From a virus (lineage: Duplodnaviria > Caudoviricetes), in the IMG/VR virus record IMGVR_UViG_3300037310_000607, positions 1 through 56,023 of that record: a DNA stretch of 56,023 bases. One strand, written 5' to 3'. The notes beneath the pieces are model-generated. The model did no database searches and had not been told where the DNA came from. It saw only the letters and a list, made by a program, of their open reading frames with translations. Below are positions 9,684 through 18,859 of the stretch, in pieces. Positions within the stretch are counted from its first letter, which is position 1. Each line of letters opens with the position of its first letter. A program made the translations under genes and the position numbers.

Positions 9684-10826
9684 TCACAGGCCGGAACGCG
9701 CCAGGCGCTCTCGCGCCTTGAGCATCCCGTCGGGGAGATCCTGCACGCCAAGAGCGGTCACGTCCTTCGGAGGGCCAGGCCGGCTTCCAGCCGGACGAGG
9801 CGTCCCCGAAGTCGGGCGCGCGCCCGATACCTCGCGCTTCTGACGGGAGGTTTCCGCGAACGTCGTGCGCTTGATGAGATCCCGAGATCGACCGTAACGC
9901 TCGACCAGGGACCGCACCATGCCCTCGATGTCCACCTCGCTGATGCCCTGCTCTTCCATCCTGAAGAGGGCGATCCCGAGCCTGGCCTTGACGTCTTCGA
10001 CCAGGTCGTCACGCATCGCCTTGTCCTTGATGGGCAGCTTCAGTGCAGCAGCGGTGTCGTCCACGAGGGCGGCAACTTCGTTCGGGAACTCACGCTCGAA
10101 GCGCTCGTGTGACTGCCGCTCGGACTCTTGCCTTGCCTCGGTCTCGCGGATCAGGTTCCGAGTCCAGTGCCGATCGTTCGTCAGCCGTTCGTGCTCGTAG
10201 CGGAGTCCTTCGCGTCGATCTGCCAGGTCGCGGAAGCGCGCCATGAGGTTGTCCTTCCTCATGGTCAGCGTTTCCTTGCGCTGTTCGAGGATGGCGCGCT
10301 GCCACTCGTCAGCGTCTTCGAGCTTGGCTTCGATCTTCGCTAGCTCCTCCGCAACGGACGCGCTCTGCTGAAGCGCTTCGTTCTGGGCGTCGTAAGCCTG
10401 CTTGTCGCGAGATTCGAGACCTTGGATGCGGGCGTCGAGTCGCTGAATGTCGGGATGGGGTGGCGCGTCCTCGGGCCGTTCGTCGGCCGCTGGCTTGCCT
10501 TTGCGAGCCGCTTCCAGCTCGCGTTCGGCCCGCTCGGCTCGCTCCCGTTGCTCGGTCGCGTAGCGGACCTTCTCCCAATACTGCTTCCCGATGACCCTCT
10601 TGCGTTCGTCTGGGTCCCGGACCTTCTCGTACTTGCGCTCCAGCGCTTTCCAAGAGTCCTCATCCGCGGGCTCGTCGTCGCTGCCAGAGGGCGGCTCCGC
10701 AGCGTCACCGGACGGGTCGTCCGTCCTTCCGTCGTCGTCAGTATCGGGGGGCGTCCCCGCCTCGGGCTCGGGCTCGGGCTCTGCTTCTGCTCCGGGCGCG
10801 GCGTCGAGGTTTGGATCGTCAGGCAT
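9684..10826 (-). CDS. scaffolding protein
   Basis: acidic disordered N-terminus, long coiled coil, immediately upstream of MCP. Confidence 0.65.
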   Translation of the reverse strand: MPDDPNLDAAPGAEAEPEPEPEAGTPPDTDDDGRTDDPSGDAAEPPSGSDDEPADEDSWKALERKYEKVRDPDERKRVIGKQYWEKVRYATEQRERAERAERELEAARKGKPAADERPEDAPPHPDIQRLDARIQGLESRDKQAYDAQNEALQQSASVAEELAKIEAKLEDADEWQRAILEQRKETLTMRKDNLMARFRDLADRREGLRYEHERLTNDRHWTRNLIRETEARQESERQSHERFEREFPNEVAALVDDTAAALKLPIKDKAMRDDLVEDVKARLGIALFRMEEQGISEVDIEGMVRSLVERYGRSRDLIKRTTFAETSRQKREVSGARPTSGTPRPAGSRPGPPKDVTALGVQDLPDGMLKARERLARSGL

Positions 10827-10906
10827 CTATCGGCCCTCTCTCTGCGGGGGGCGGCCCCGCGTGTGCGTGAAAGAATGGAGCAGAAGTCGCTCCTCCGTCA
10901 AGCGCC

Positions 10907-11209
10907 TCAGTCGTTCGACGGCTGCGGCGTGCGCCACGCGAGCACTTCGTCCTCGCGCAGCAGAAGAAAGTCCTCTCCGAGATCGGCGATCGGGATCCCG
11001 GCGAACGGGCTGAACAAGACCTCCTGGCCGACGAAGAGCGACAGCGCCCAGGTGATCCCGCTCGGCAGCAGGCGTCCGGGTCCGACGGCGACGATGACGC
11101 CCTTCGCCTGCGGGACCCGCGCGGCGTCGGGGATCTCGACCGTGCCCTCGTGGGTCTTGGTCGCGGCGCGCTGCACGATCAGGTGATCGAACGTGGGATT
11201 CCAGCTCAT
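10907..11209 (-). CDS. groES: co-chaperonin GroES (Cpn10) family protein
   Basis: PTFDHLIV...GVIVAVGPG...VGQEVLFSPFAG...LLLREDEVLA; ATG at 11209 coupled TGATG. Confidence 0.9.
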   Translation of the reverse strand: MSWNPTFDHLIVQRAATKTHEGTVEIPDAARVPQAKGVIVAVGPGRLLPSGITWALSLFVGQEVLFSPFAGIPIADLGEDFLLLREDEVLAWRTPQPSND

Positions 11210-11550
11210 CAGAGCCCTCCTGAATAGCGGCTCGGATCGTATCCCATGAGCGCCTTGGCTGCCTGCTTCGTGTCGAAGTCCATGTCGAACGTCGAGCCCT
11301 GCTGGAGCTTCCGCAGTCGGCTCGCCGACTCGACGCCGAGGTTCCACTCGTTCATCTGCTCCGGGTTGTCGCGCCCTGCGATGTCGTACTCGGCTTCGAT
11401 TGCGGCCTGGTCTTCGAGGGAGCGCACCTTGCCTGCGCGCTCGGCGCGCCGCTCCTCCGGTGTCCGCTGGCGCTTCTTGACCGGGAGCCCGCGCTCGTCG
11501 CTGACGATCTTGCCGTACTGGTCGCGCTCGTATTCGTCGTCGAGTGGCAT
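11209..11550 (-). CDS. small protein with TKQAAKALM motif
   Basis: 113 aa in tightly packed operon; shared motif near C-terminus. Confidence 0.7.
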   Translation of the reverse strand: MPLDDEYERDQYGKIVSDERGLPVKKRQRTPEERRAERAGKVRSLEDQAAIEAEYDIAGRDNPEQMNEWNLGVESASRLRKLQQGSTFDMDFDTKQAAKALMGYDPSRYSGGL

Positions 11551-11554
11551 GAGG

Positions 11555-11743
11555 CTACCCCCTCATCAGCGCGCGCCCGGCGTCCTTCGTGCTGCGCTTC
11601 TTGTGGCGGCTCGTGACCGGGCGCTTCTTGTGCTTCGCGTTGTAGATCGCGGCCGCCTTCGCCTGGGCGCGATCGTACTTCGGCGAGTCCTCGTCGGCGC
11701 CCTGGGCGAACTTGTCGCGCATCGCCTCGTAGGCCTTCGGCAT
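11555..11743 (-). CDS. small basic protein with C-terminal TKDAGRALMRG
   Basis: 62 aa, GGAGG RBS. Confidence 0.75.
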   Translation of the reverse strand: MPKAYEAMRDKFAQGADEDSPKYDRAQAKAAAIYNAKHKKRPVTSRHKKRSTKDAGRALMRG

Positions 11744-11753
11744 CGGTTCCTCC

Positions 11754-12044
11754 CTACTTCATCAGCGCGCGCCCGGCGTCCTTTGTCGTCGGGCCGGCCG
11801 TGCCGCCGCCTTCCTGCCGCTTCTTGCGGAAGTCGGCGAACTTGTCCGCGTGCTGCTTCTTCGACGCCGCGAAGGAGAGCTTGTTCGCCAGCTTGTAGGC
11901 GGTCCAGTCCTCGGCCTCGGAGACCTCCTCGCCGGAGGCGAAGCGCTCCTTGGCCCTGGCGCCCTCGACGTGCTTCGAGCCCTGAGCCTCGCCTCCGCCG
12001 TGCGTGTACCGCGGCGACTGGATGTTTCCCGTGACCCCTGCCAT
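11754..12044 (-). CDS. small protein with C-terminal TKDAGRALMK
   Basis: 96 aa, GAGGGGG RBS. Confidence 0.75.
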   Translation of the reverse strand: MAGVTGNIQSPRYTHGGGEAQGSKHVEGARAKERFASGEEVSEAEDWTAYKLANKLSFAASKKQHADKFADFRKKRQEGGGTAGPTTKDAGRALMK

Positions 12045-12047
12045 GCG

Positions 12048-12245
12048 CTACCCCCTCATCAGCGCCTTGCCGGCGCTCTTCGTCGTGAAGCCCTTCGGGC
12101 GCTTGCCCTTCTTCTTCATCTTCGCCTTGAGCGACGCGCGCGGCCCCATCACGTCGCAGGGCACGTCGTCCATGTTGCCCTCGGTCATGCGCGTGCCGGA
12201 GCCCTTGCCCTTCTTCGTGAAGTCCTCGGCACCGTAATCCGCCAT
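12048..12245 (-). CDS. small Lys-rich protein with C-terminal TKSAGKALMRG
   Basis: 65 aa from ATG 12245 with AGGAGG RBS right after portal stop. Confidence 0.75.
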   Translation of the reverse strand: MADYGAEDFTKKGKGSGTRMTEGNMDDVPCDVMGPRASLKAKMKKKGKRPKGFTTKSAGKALMRG

Positions 12246-12255
12246 CGTCTGCCTC

Positions 12256-14973
12256 CTAGCCTGCCGGCGCAGGCGCGGGCGCCGCCGCCGGTGCTCCAGC
12301 TCCGCCGGGCGCCGGGGGCGGAGCACCGGCAGCGCCCGACGCGAGGTTCTTGTACGTCGTGATGACCGCGAACATCTGAAGCAGCAGGTCCGTCTCCATC
12401 ACGCGCTTCGCCTGCGGGAGATCCGCCCCGAGCGCCTTGCTCACCGCAATCGCCTTCTCGGCGCTCTTCAGCATCGGGAGCATCCGGCGCCAGATCTGGT
12501 AGAGCCGCTTCTCGGGTTGCTTCGGCAGGAAGCCGTCAGCGGGCGGGGGCGGGATGAACTCCTCCACTGGCGCCGGCCCGCCGAGCAGCGCCGCCGCCCG
12601 CGCCTGGGTCTCGAAGCGCTCCTTCGCCATGCCGAGGCTCTGCTCGTAGATCTTGATCCACTGCTCGGCGGGATACTGCGCGTAGAGCATCTGCTGTTTC
12701 GCATCGAGCTGCTCGAACTCTGCCGCGCGCTGCTCCCAGCCCGCGAGCTGCTCCAGGACGGCGTCCCACTCGTACATCTTCCGCTTCGAGTAGCAGCGAT
12801 CGTCCTTCATCCAGCGCTTGCCGAGCACGGCGAACCAGATCTGGTAGTCGTTGAGCGTCGTGTCGATCGTCGGCACGTCGCCCTTCTTCATGAAGTCGGA
12901 CCACGCCATCTCGGCGCGGTCGATCTGCACGCTCGCCTCCTCGTTCACGTCGTCGGGTAGCTTCATCAGCTTGAGGATCTTGTCGCGCGCGACCGGCGTG
13001 TCCACGACGTAGAGCCCGGCCTGGAGCGCCTCGCCGGCCGCTTCCTTGTTGTAGAGCGTCTGGTCGTATCCGGCGCGGGCGTCCACCTTGACCTTCACGT
13101 CACCGAGCAGGTTCTCTCCGACGAAGCTCTTCTTCTCGTACAGGCTCCCCAGCTCGCGCACCTCGTAGGTGGATTCCTCCTTGCGGAAGACCCACGTGAG
13201 ATCGAGGTAGTGCTGCCAGAGCGTCTCGTACATCTCGGCGAGCGCACGCTCGCGCGGCCCGCGCTTCTGGCTCGCCTCCTCAGACAGCAGCATGAGGCCG
13301 GACGTGGTCTTCACCGATCCGGGCGCCTGGCCCATCTCGATGTCGGCCGCGGCCCCGATCCGCTGCATGTCTTCGAGGCACTGCGCCCGCTCCTGGAAGT
13401 AGTTGTTCCCGGTGAGCGGCGTGCCAGGGAAGATCGCTTGGCCTGGGTTCCACTGCGGATTCGGCGAGTCGAACTCGACCACGGTGAGGCTGCCGTAGTT
13501 CTCGTCCTTCGTCGCCAGCTCGGTGTTCTTCGGGGTCCAGATCGTCGGCTTCCCGCGCTCGCGCAGGTCGATCGCCTGGGCGTCGGTCTCGTTCAGCCGG
13601 CGCTGCACCGGGACCAGGTCGTCAACGAAGGTCCTGCCGTAGAAGAAGTGCGGGATGCGCTTGAAGCGCGCGAATGCGTAGCGGACGCGCGGCACGAAGC
13701 GAGGGCCGTCGGGCGTGTCCACCTTCACCATCAGCGGCCGCGACACCAGCTCGTTGCAGACCTGGACGAAGTGGGCGCCGTGCTCCAGGCCGTCGATGCC
13801 TGGCATCGGGTCGATCACGACTTCGCGCACGCGCGCGTGGCGCTCGTAGGCCTCGACCGCTCCGGTGTATCCGCCCTCGCCGTAGTTGCCGCCGATGGCA
13901 CCGACCATCGTGAAGACCGGCTCGTTGAAGAGCGGGTTGAGCCGCAGAAGCTCTTGGGGCGTCTCGGGCTCGATCTTGCCCTCCAGCTCCGGCCAGTGCT
14001 GGAAGATCCACTCCAGCGGCTTCACCGTCATCTGGTGCTTGATCTTGCTCTCGCGCGGCTCGATGCCGATCCCGGTGTTCTCCGGGTAGAACTCGTGGAC
14101 GGAGAGCACGTCGAGCGCCGCCTCGCCCTTCGGCACCACCATCCCCATCGGGCGCCCGAAGACGTCGAGATCCAGCTCAGCCTCCTCCTCGGAGACCATG
14201 TAATCGACGAGCTGGATCGGCATCTCGCAGAATGGGCAGTGCGTAAGCTCGACCTGCGCGATCCCCTTCGGGTGCATCGCCGAGCCCTCGCCGGTCAGCT
14301 CGACGTCGCGGAGCGACTCCTTGTTGAACATCGGGACCGGGCCGGCTTGGGTCGGCATCCCGATCGTGGCGAAACCGCGGGGGACGCGCCGCGAAGCGTA
14401 GCGGCGCTCGCAGTGCGGGCATTTCGCCGAGCCGTCAGCCGCGATCGTGACGGTGTCGAGGACGTTCTCGTCCCAGTAACTCCGCGCGATCGCCATGCCT
14501 TCGAGGCACAGCTTCATCCCGATCTCTTCGCGCTTGTCCGCCCAGACCGTCTTGCTCATCTCCCAGAGCAGCAGGTCGCGCGCGAGCCGCGCGGCCTGGA
14601 TCCACTCGGGGTCGTTCTTGCCGGCGTGGGCGTCGGGGACCAGCTCCTTGCGCCCCAGCCTGGCGGTCTCGTTGTCCACGGCCGGCCCGATCATGTTCGT
14701 GACCGGGCGTGGGAAGGTGCCGAGACCGTTGCGGAACAGCTCGCGGAAGTGATAGACGCCGGAGCCAGCCACCAGCTCGGCGACCGGCTCGATCCACTGC
14801 CGGCCCATGTAGAACCAGGTGTTGAGCGCCGCGCGCTGCGTGTTCCAGCGGCGCCGCGGCGACCACGGGTTGATGTGGCGGGAGATGTAGTCCTTGACGT
14901 TCGCCTCGGGCGAGACGAGCGTGGGGAGCTTCTGTAGCCACGGCTGCTTCGCCGCCTGGGGCTGAGTGCTCAT
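12256..14973 (-). CDS. portal protein (podovirus type) with Zn-ribbon-like insertion
   Basis: 905 aa downstream of TerL; FYMGRQW, FYGRTFVDDLVPVQRRLN, GSVKTTSG motifs. Confidence 0.8.
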   Translation of the reverse strand: MSTQPQAAKQPWLQKLPTLVSPEANVKDYISRHINPWSPRRRWNTQRAALNTWFYMGRQWIEPVAELVAGSGVYHFRELFRNGLGTFPRPVTNMIGPAVDNETARLGRKELVPDAHAGKNDPEWIQAARLARDLLLWEMSKTVWADKREEIGMKLCLEGMAIARSYWDENVLDTVTIAADGSAKCPHCERRYASRRVPRGFATIGMPTQAGPVPMFNKESLRDVELTGEGSAMHPKGIAQVELTHCPFCEMPIQLVDYMVSEEEAELDLDVFGRPMGMVVPKGEAALDVLSVHEFYPENTGIGIEPRESKIKHQMTVKPLEWIFQHWPELEGKIEPETPQELLRLNPLFNEPVFTMVGAIGGNYGEGGYTGAVEAYERHARVREVVIDPMPGIDGLEHGAHFVQVCNELVSRPLMVKVDTPDGPRFVPRVRYAFARFKRIPHFFYGRTFVDDLVPVQRRLNETDAQAIDLRERGKPTIWTPKNTELATKDENYGSLTVVEFDSPNPQWNPGQAIFPGTPLTGNNYFQERAQCLEDMQRIGAAADIEMGQAPGSVKTTSGLMLLSEEASQKRGPRERALAEMYETLWQHYLDLTWVFRKEESTYEVRELGSLYEKKSFVGENLLGDVKVKVDARAGYDQTLYNKEAAGEALQAGLYVVDTPVARDKILKLMKLPDDVNEEASVQIDRAEMAWSDFMKKGDVPTIDTTLNDYQIWFAVLGKRWMKDDRCYSKRKMYEWDAVLEQLAGWEQRAAEFEQLDAKQQMLYAQYPAEQWIKIYEQSLGMAKERFETQARAAALLGGPAPVEEFIPPPPADGFLPKQPEKRLYQIWRRMLPMLKSAEKAIAVSKALGADLPQAKRVMETDLLLQMFAVITTYKNLASGAAGAPPPAPGGAGAPAAAPAPAPAG

Positions 14974-15227
14974 GACACCTCGACGCCGTCATGCGGCGGT
15001 GCAGGTTCGTAGCCAGGGAAGTTCGGAGCGGGCGGCTTCGGAGCCGTCTGCTTCTGGGGGTACACCGACACTGTCGGGCGCACGCGGAAGCTGACCCCAG
15101 GATCGACCATCTCCGCCAGCCGCTTCACCATGCCGTCGTTCTGCTGCTGGAGCCAGTCGATCTGAGCGAGCAGGTGCTTGATCTCAGCGTCCTTCGCTTC
15201 GCATACGGAGCAGCCGAAGAGCTTCAT
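14970..15227 (-). CDS. hypothetical protein (CxxC plus coiled coil)
   Basis: MKLFGCSVCEAKDAEI; ATGA overlaps on both sides. Confidence 0.6.
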   Translation of the reverse strand: MKLFGCSVCEAKDAEIKHLLAQIDWLQQQNDGMVKRLAEMVDPGVSFRVRPTVSVYPQKQTAPKPPAPNFPGYEPAPPHDGVEVS

Positions 15228-15631
15228 GATTCCCCCCAGGGTAGCGCGCCAATCCCCTTCAAGAGTCCGGCGCATTCGCCGCGCAGCTCAAGCAGATCTC
15301 GCTTCGCCACTGCTCGCTTGACGCCGTGGTGCTTCAGCGCGTGCCGGATCATGCGCGCGCGCACGTAGCGGTTCCGGCAGAACTCGAAGAGGATTGCGGC
15401 GAGCGCGGCTTCGCGCAGGCCGTCAGATCCTCTGGTCTCGCGCGTCTCCTGAAGAGCGTGGGCCAGGAGCGGGAGCTGCTCGGCCTTCATGACTCCGCGC
15501 TCGACGACGACCTGGATGACGTCGGTGTTCCCAGGTGAGCTTGTGCAGCCGCCGGTCAGGTCGATCGCCAGCTTGAGCATGTTGCCATGCCGGAGCGATC
15601 TCCCCGTGGTGGGGTCAATGAGGCTTGGCAC
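15224..15631 (-). CDS. hypothetical protein
   Basis: 135-aa ORF in operon. Confidence 0.55.
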   Translation of the reverse strand: MPSLIDPTTGRSLRHGNMLKLAIDLTGGCTSSPGNTDVIQVVVERGVMKAEQLPLLAHALQETRETRGSDGLREAALAAILFEFCRNRYVRARMIRHALKHHGVKRAVAKRDLLELRGECAGLLKGIGALPWGES

Positions 15632-15782
15632 CAGCGCGTTCCTTGCACGCGGAGCATAGCACCGGAGTCGGCGGGTACGTCAACGGGTCGTCTACGTCGG
15701 GCTTGCAGGAGACCTCCTGGCAGCAGAACCAGCGCCAGCAGAGACGGCAGAAATGCCGGTGGTCGAACCTCAGCTCGGCCAA
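15615..15782 (-). CDS. small Cys-rich (Zn-finger-like) protein
   Basis: CRLC...CCQEVSC...CSAC; probable TTG start overlapping TerL end. Confidence 0.4.
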   Translation of the reverse strand: MAELRFDHRHFCRLCWRWFCCQEVSCKPDVDDPLTYPPTPVLCSACKERAGAKPH

Positions 15783-17266
15783 TGCAGGTCCCTCGCGAAC
15801 TTCGGCAGCTTCGCCTGGAGCTTGATCTTCTCGTGGATCTTCTTCCAGAGCTTGCGGTCGAGGACCTCGCGCGTCGTCTGGGGCGGCTTCTCCGCCCGCA
15901 GCGCGGCTGACTCCGCCACCCAGCCCCGCGGCATCAGGTAGGTGAGCCCCTGCGTGAGCATGTCCACGTAGTCGTCGTGGGCCGCGTTCGGGAAGTCGCG
16001 GAACTCGTTCACCAGCTCCTTGGCCCAGCGCGCCGACGCCGGCAGCCAGACGCGCCGGCCCTCGATGAGCCCGGCCACCGACGAGACGCCCCAGTGCAGG
16101 CGCACCGCCTTCGAGCCGACAGGGGGGATCGGAGCGATCCCGGGCATCTCGTGGGAAAGAAGCTGGATCACGGCCGGCCCGGAGGCTGCCTCCTCGATCA
16201 GCTTCCGGTAGGCGGTGGGCCACCGCTTCGAGACGGCCTGGATGGCGCGGATCGTCTCCGGCGTGTTCAGCCGGTCGTGAACGCAGTCGAGCACGTAGTA
16301 GTCGCCGCCGATCCGGCCGATGACGCCTCCGCACACGAAGTCGGAAGTGGCGATCGCCTTGAAGGTCAGGTCCCAGGACTGGAGGATCTCGTCGAAGTCT
16401 TCGAGCTTCGGTGGCTCGTCGTACCACTGCCACCATTCCGGGCTGATCGCGAAGCCCTCGGCCGGCGCCGGCCGCTGCTGGTAGAGCGCGGCGAAGGGGG
16501 CCGACGACATCTCTTTCAGCCGGATCGCCAGCCACTCCTCGTTGAAGCGATCTGGCCACAGCGCCTCGCCGGGCGTGCGTCCCAGCGGGTCATCGGCCTC
16601 GGCGAGCGCCGGCAGCGAGACGACGCGCCACTGGTCCGCGGTCTCGCTCGCCAGGATCCGGCCTGCCAGGTCGTCCTGCGCCCAGCGGGTCATAATGAGC
16701 ACGCAGATCGAGTCCATCCGGTCGAGGCGGGTGAGCGCGGTGGTCTTCCACCACTCCCAGACCTTGTCCTTGATGACCTTCGACGTGGCCTCCTCGGCGT
16801 TCTTCACCGGGTCGTCCACGATCAGCAGATGACAGCCCTTGCCGGTGATCGGCCCGCCGACGCCGGCCGTCTCCATCCCTCCGCCCGCGCTCGTCTCCCA
16901 GCGGTGCGAGGCCTTGGAGTCCTCCATCAGCTTCACGCCGATCACCGGCATGTGCTTCTCGACGGTGCGCCGGCACGCGCGGCCGTAGCCGGCGGCGAAC
17001 TCCGACTCGTAGCTGGTGAAGATGACCTTCGTCGCCGGGTCGAGCGCCCAGTTCCAGGTAGGGAACCAGTGCGAGCAGGTCTCGCTCTTGCCGTTCCGCG
17101 GCGGCATGAAGACCATGAGCTTCCGCGGCCAGCCAGGCTCGCGCTTCCAGAGCTGGACCAGCTCGTCCGACAGGAGCTTCAGGTGGCGCGGCGCGCCGAG
17201 CGGTTCCTTGTCGTCGGTGGTGAGCGCTATCCCGAGCTGTAGTGGACTGAGGAGATGCTCATGCAC
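15770..17266 (-). CDS. terL: terminase large subunit
   Basis: Walker A MPPRNGKS, Walker B LLIVDDP, IMTRW coupling motif, nuclease SWD...IEE...HDDYVD. Confidence 0.95.
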   Translation of the reverse strand: MHEHLLSPLQLGIALTTDDKEPLGAPRHLKLLSDELVQLWKREPGWPRKLMVFMPPRNGKSETCSHWFPTWNWALDPATKVIFTSYESEFAAGYGRACRRTVEKHMPVIGVKLMEDSKASHRWETSAGGGMETAGVGGPITGKGCHLLIVDDPVKNAEEATSKVIKDKVWEWWKTTALTRLDRMDSICVLIMTRWAQDDLAGRILASETADQWRVVSLPALAEADDPLGRTPGEALWPDRFNEEWLAIRLKEMSSAPFAALYQQRPAPAEGFAISPEWWQWYDEPPKLEDFDEILQSWDLTFKAIATSDFVCGGVIGRIGGDYYVLDCVHDRLNTPETIRAIQAVSKRWPTAYRKLIEEAASGPAVIQLLSHEMPGIAPIPPVGSKAVRLHWGVSSVAGLIEGRRVWLPASARWAKELVNEFRDFPNAAHDDYVDMLTQGLTYLMPRGWVAESAALRAEKPPQTTREVLDRKLWKKIHEKIKLQAKLPKFARDLHWPS

Positions 17267-17657
17267 TCCGCTCGGCCTCGACCGTATCGGCGTCGATCAC
17301 CTCGCCGGCTGGCAGGCGCTCGGGCTGCCGCAGCGACGGGAGCGAACGGATCGCGGCGATCGCGGCCTCGCGCGCGGCGATGAGCTTGCGCTCGCGCTCG
17401 GCCTCGTCGATCGCCTCCTTCGGCTTGCCGTAGGCGTAGAGCCAGAGCAGGCTCTCCATCGGCCCGGCCGTCCCCTCGCGGAGCCGGCGCCGCAGCTCGC
17501 GGCGGTACTCGGGATCCTCGACGAGCCGCTTCGCCTGGATGCGAACGTCCTTCGTGTTCGTCGGCTTGCGCTGGTCCTTGCGGAGTCCGCGCAGGAGTCT
17601 CCCCTTCGCGCCAGCGGCGGCGAGGTTGGGGTTGCGCTGGATCCCGAAGTCGCCCAT
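17259..17657 (-). CDS. terS: terminase small subunit (putative)
   Basis: directly upstream of TerL; helical, YAYGKP motif. Confidence 0.6.
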   Translation of the reverse strand: MGDFGIQRNPNLAAAGAKGRLLRGLRKDQRKPTNTKDVRIQAKRLVEDPEYRRELRRRLREGTAGPMESLLWLYAYGKPKEAIDEAERERKLIAAREAAIAAIRSLPSLRQPERLPAGEVIDADTVEAERSA

Positions 17658-17968
17658 CAGAACGCCTTGACGAGCTTCGCCTCGGCGCCGATGTCGCCCT
17701 TCGTCCAGTCCTTGAAGGCCGCGGCCATGATCGTCGAGCCGAAGGGGCCGCGCGCCACGATCGAGACCTTCGTGACGTTCTCGACCGCGGTGCCGTCCTG
17801 GTTGTAGACGTGATGGACGACGGCGGCCACGCTCTTGTCAGCCGGCAGCGCGGCGAAAGCGTCGTCGATCGCGCTCTGGAGCTTGGCGTTCGTGAAGCGC
17901 CGGGCGCCCGCCCCGGTCTCGTACTTGGCGAGCGGGTTGTAGGGCACGGCGGGCTGAGGCGTGCTCAT
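17657..17968 (-). CDS. hypothetical protein: helix plus four beta strands, C-terminal Phe
   Basis: ATG at 17968 overlapping the upstream stop. Confidence 0.55.
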   Translation of the reverse strand: MSTPQPAVPYNPLAKYETGAGARRFTNAKLQSAIDDAFAALPADKSVAAVVHHVYNQDGTAVENVTKVSIVARGPFGSTIMAAAFKDWTKGDIGAEAKLVKAF

Positions 17969-18324
17969 CCGTTGACCCCGTGCTCGACGACCGTGGTCTT
18001 GCCCTCGTTGCCGGCGATGGCCAGGGCCGCGGAGACGACGCCTGCCAGGACCGCCTGCCAGGTCCCCTCGCGGAGCTGGGTCGTGAGCTGGGTCACGACG
18101 GACATGGCGATGCTGAAGAGGAACGGCGTCGCGTAGACCACCGACCTCGGGAGCGTGGGCTTCAGCTTCCGCAGCCCGTAGGTGAAGAGCCACGCCAGGA
18201 TCGCCGTGGCCCCCGTGACGACTTCGGGCGGGGCGGAGAATGCGACGGCGGCTTCGGCTTCCTGCGCCAGCACGACAGCGGCGGGCAGCAGGACCAGCAA
18301 CGTCAGGGCGAGCCTTCTCAGCAT
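17965..18324 (-). CDS. holin-like membrane protein
   Basis: signal-like N-terminus plus about three hydrophobic segments. Confidence 0.55.
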   Translation of the reverse strand: MLRRLALTLLVLLPAAVVLAQEAEAAVAFSAPPEVVTGATAILAWLFTYGLRKLKPTLPRSVVYATPFLFSIAMSVVTQLTTQLREGTWQAVLAGVVSAALAIAGNEGKTTVVEHGVNG

Positions 18325-18327
18325 GAG

Positions 18328-18717
18328 CTACCTCGTGGGCTCTTCGGCCGGCATGGCGGCAGCCGGGGGAGCCGAAATGTCCAGCTTCGCTTCGAGCCAG
18401 GTGAGCCTGCGCTCGATCCGCTTGAGCGCATCCTCCCGCTCCTTCTCTTCGACCTCGACGCGCTGAGCAAAGCCTTCACGGATCATGCGGATGTCAGCCT
18501 GGAGCGCGAGGACCTCGCTGCGATTCGACTGCACGACCGCGTTGTGCTCGGCGTCACCGACCTGCCGCGTCGCCATCCCGCTACCAGCCCCGATCGCTGC
18601 GATGACGGCCCAGCGAACCAGGTGCTCGATGAGCTTGTGGTCGTCCATCTTCCGCTTCGCCTTTCGGATCAGCGTGTCGGTCGGCTTCTCGACCTCGACC
18701 AGCTCGTCGTCCCCCAT
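18328..18717 (-). CDS. membrane-anchored coiled-coil protein (lysis-associated?)
   Basis: one hydrophobic segment WAVIAAIGAGSG then coiled coil. Confidence 0.5.
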   Translation of the reverse strand: MGDDELVEVEKPTDTLIRKAKRKMDDHKLIEHLVRWAVIAAIGAGSGMATRQVGDAEHNAVVQSNRSEVLALQADIRMIREGFAQRVEVEEKEREDALKRIERRLTWLEAKLDISAPPAAAMPAEEPTR

Positions 18718-18718
18718 A

Positions 18719-18856
18719 CTACATCCCCAGGACCATCCAGAGTAGCCAGAGGATGATCGGAACGACCGCGACGACCGAGAGCCAGCCGAGTCGGCCCAGG
18801 TCGTCTTCGCCGCGCCACCAGTCGGCCAGGCGTGTTCTGAGCCGCCGTCGTCTCAT
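18719..18856 (-). CDS. small single-TM protein
   Basis: MRRRRLRTRLADWW...LGWLSVVAVVPIILWLLWMVLGM; fills gap between genes. Confidence 0.5.
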   Translation of the reverse strand: MRRRRLRTRLADWWRGEDDLGRLGWLSVVAVVPIILWLLWMVLGM

Positions 18857-18859
18857 CCC

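Noticed and set aside
1652-17242. Long plus-strand ORFs (e.g. 1652..3748, 8212..9843, 13210..14937, 15977..17242)
   Set aside because: Antisense shadows of GC3-biased genes, with no RBS or motifs
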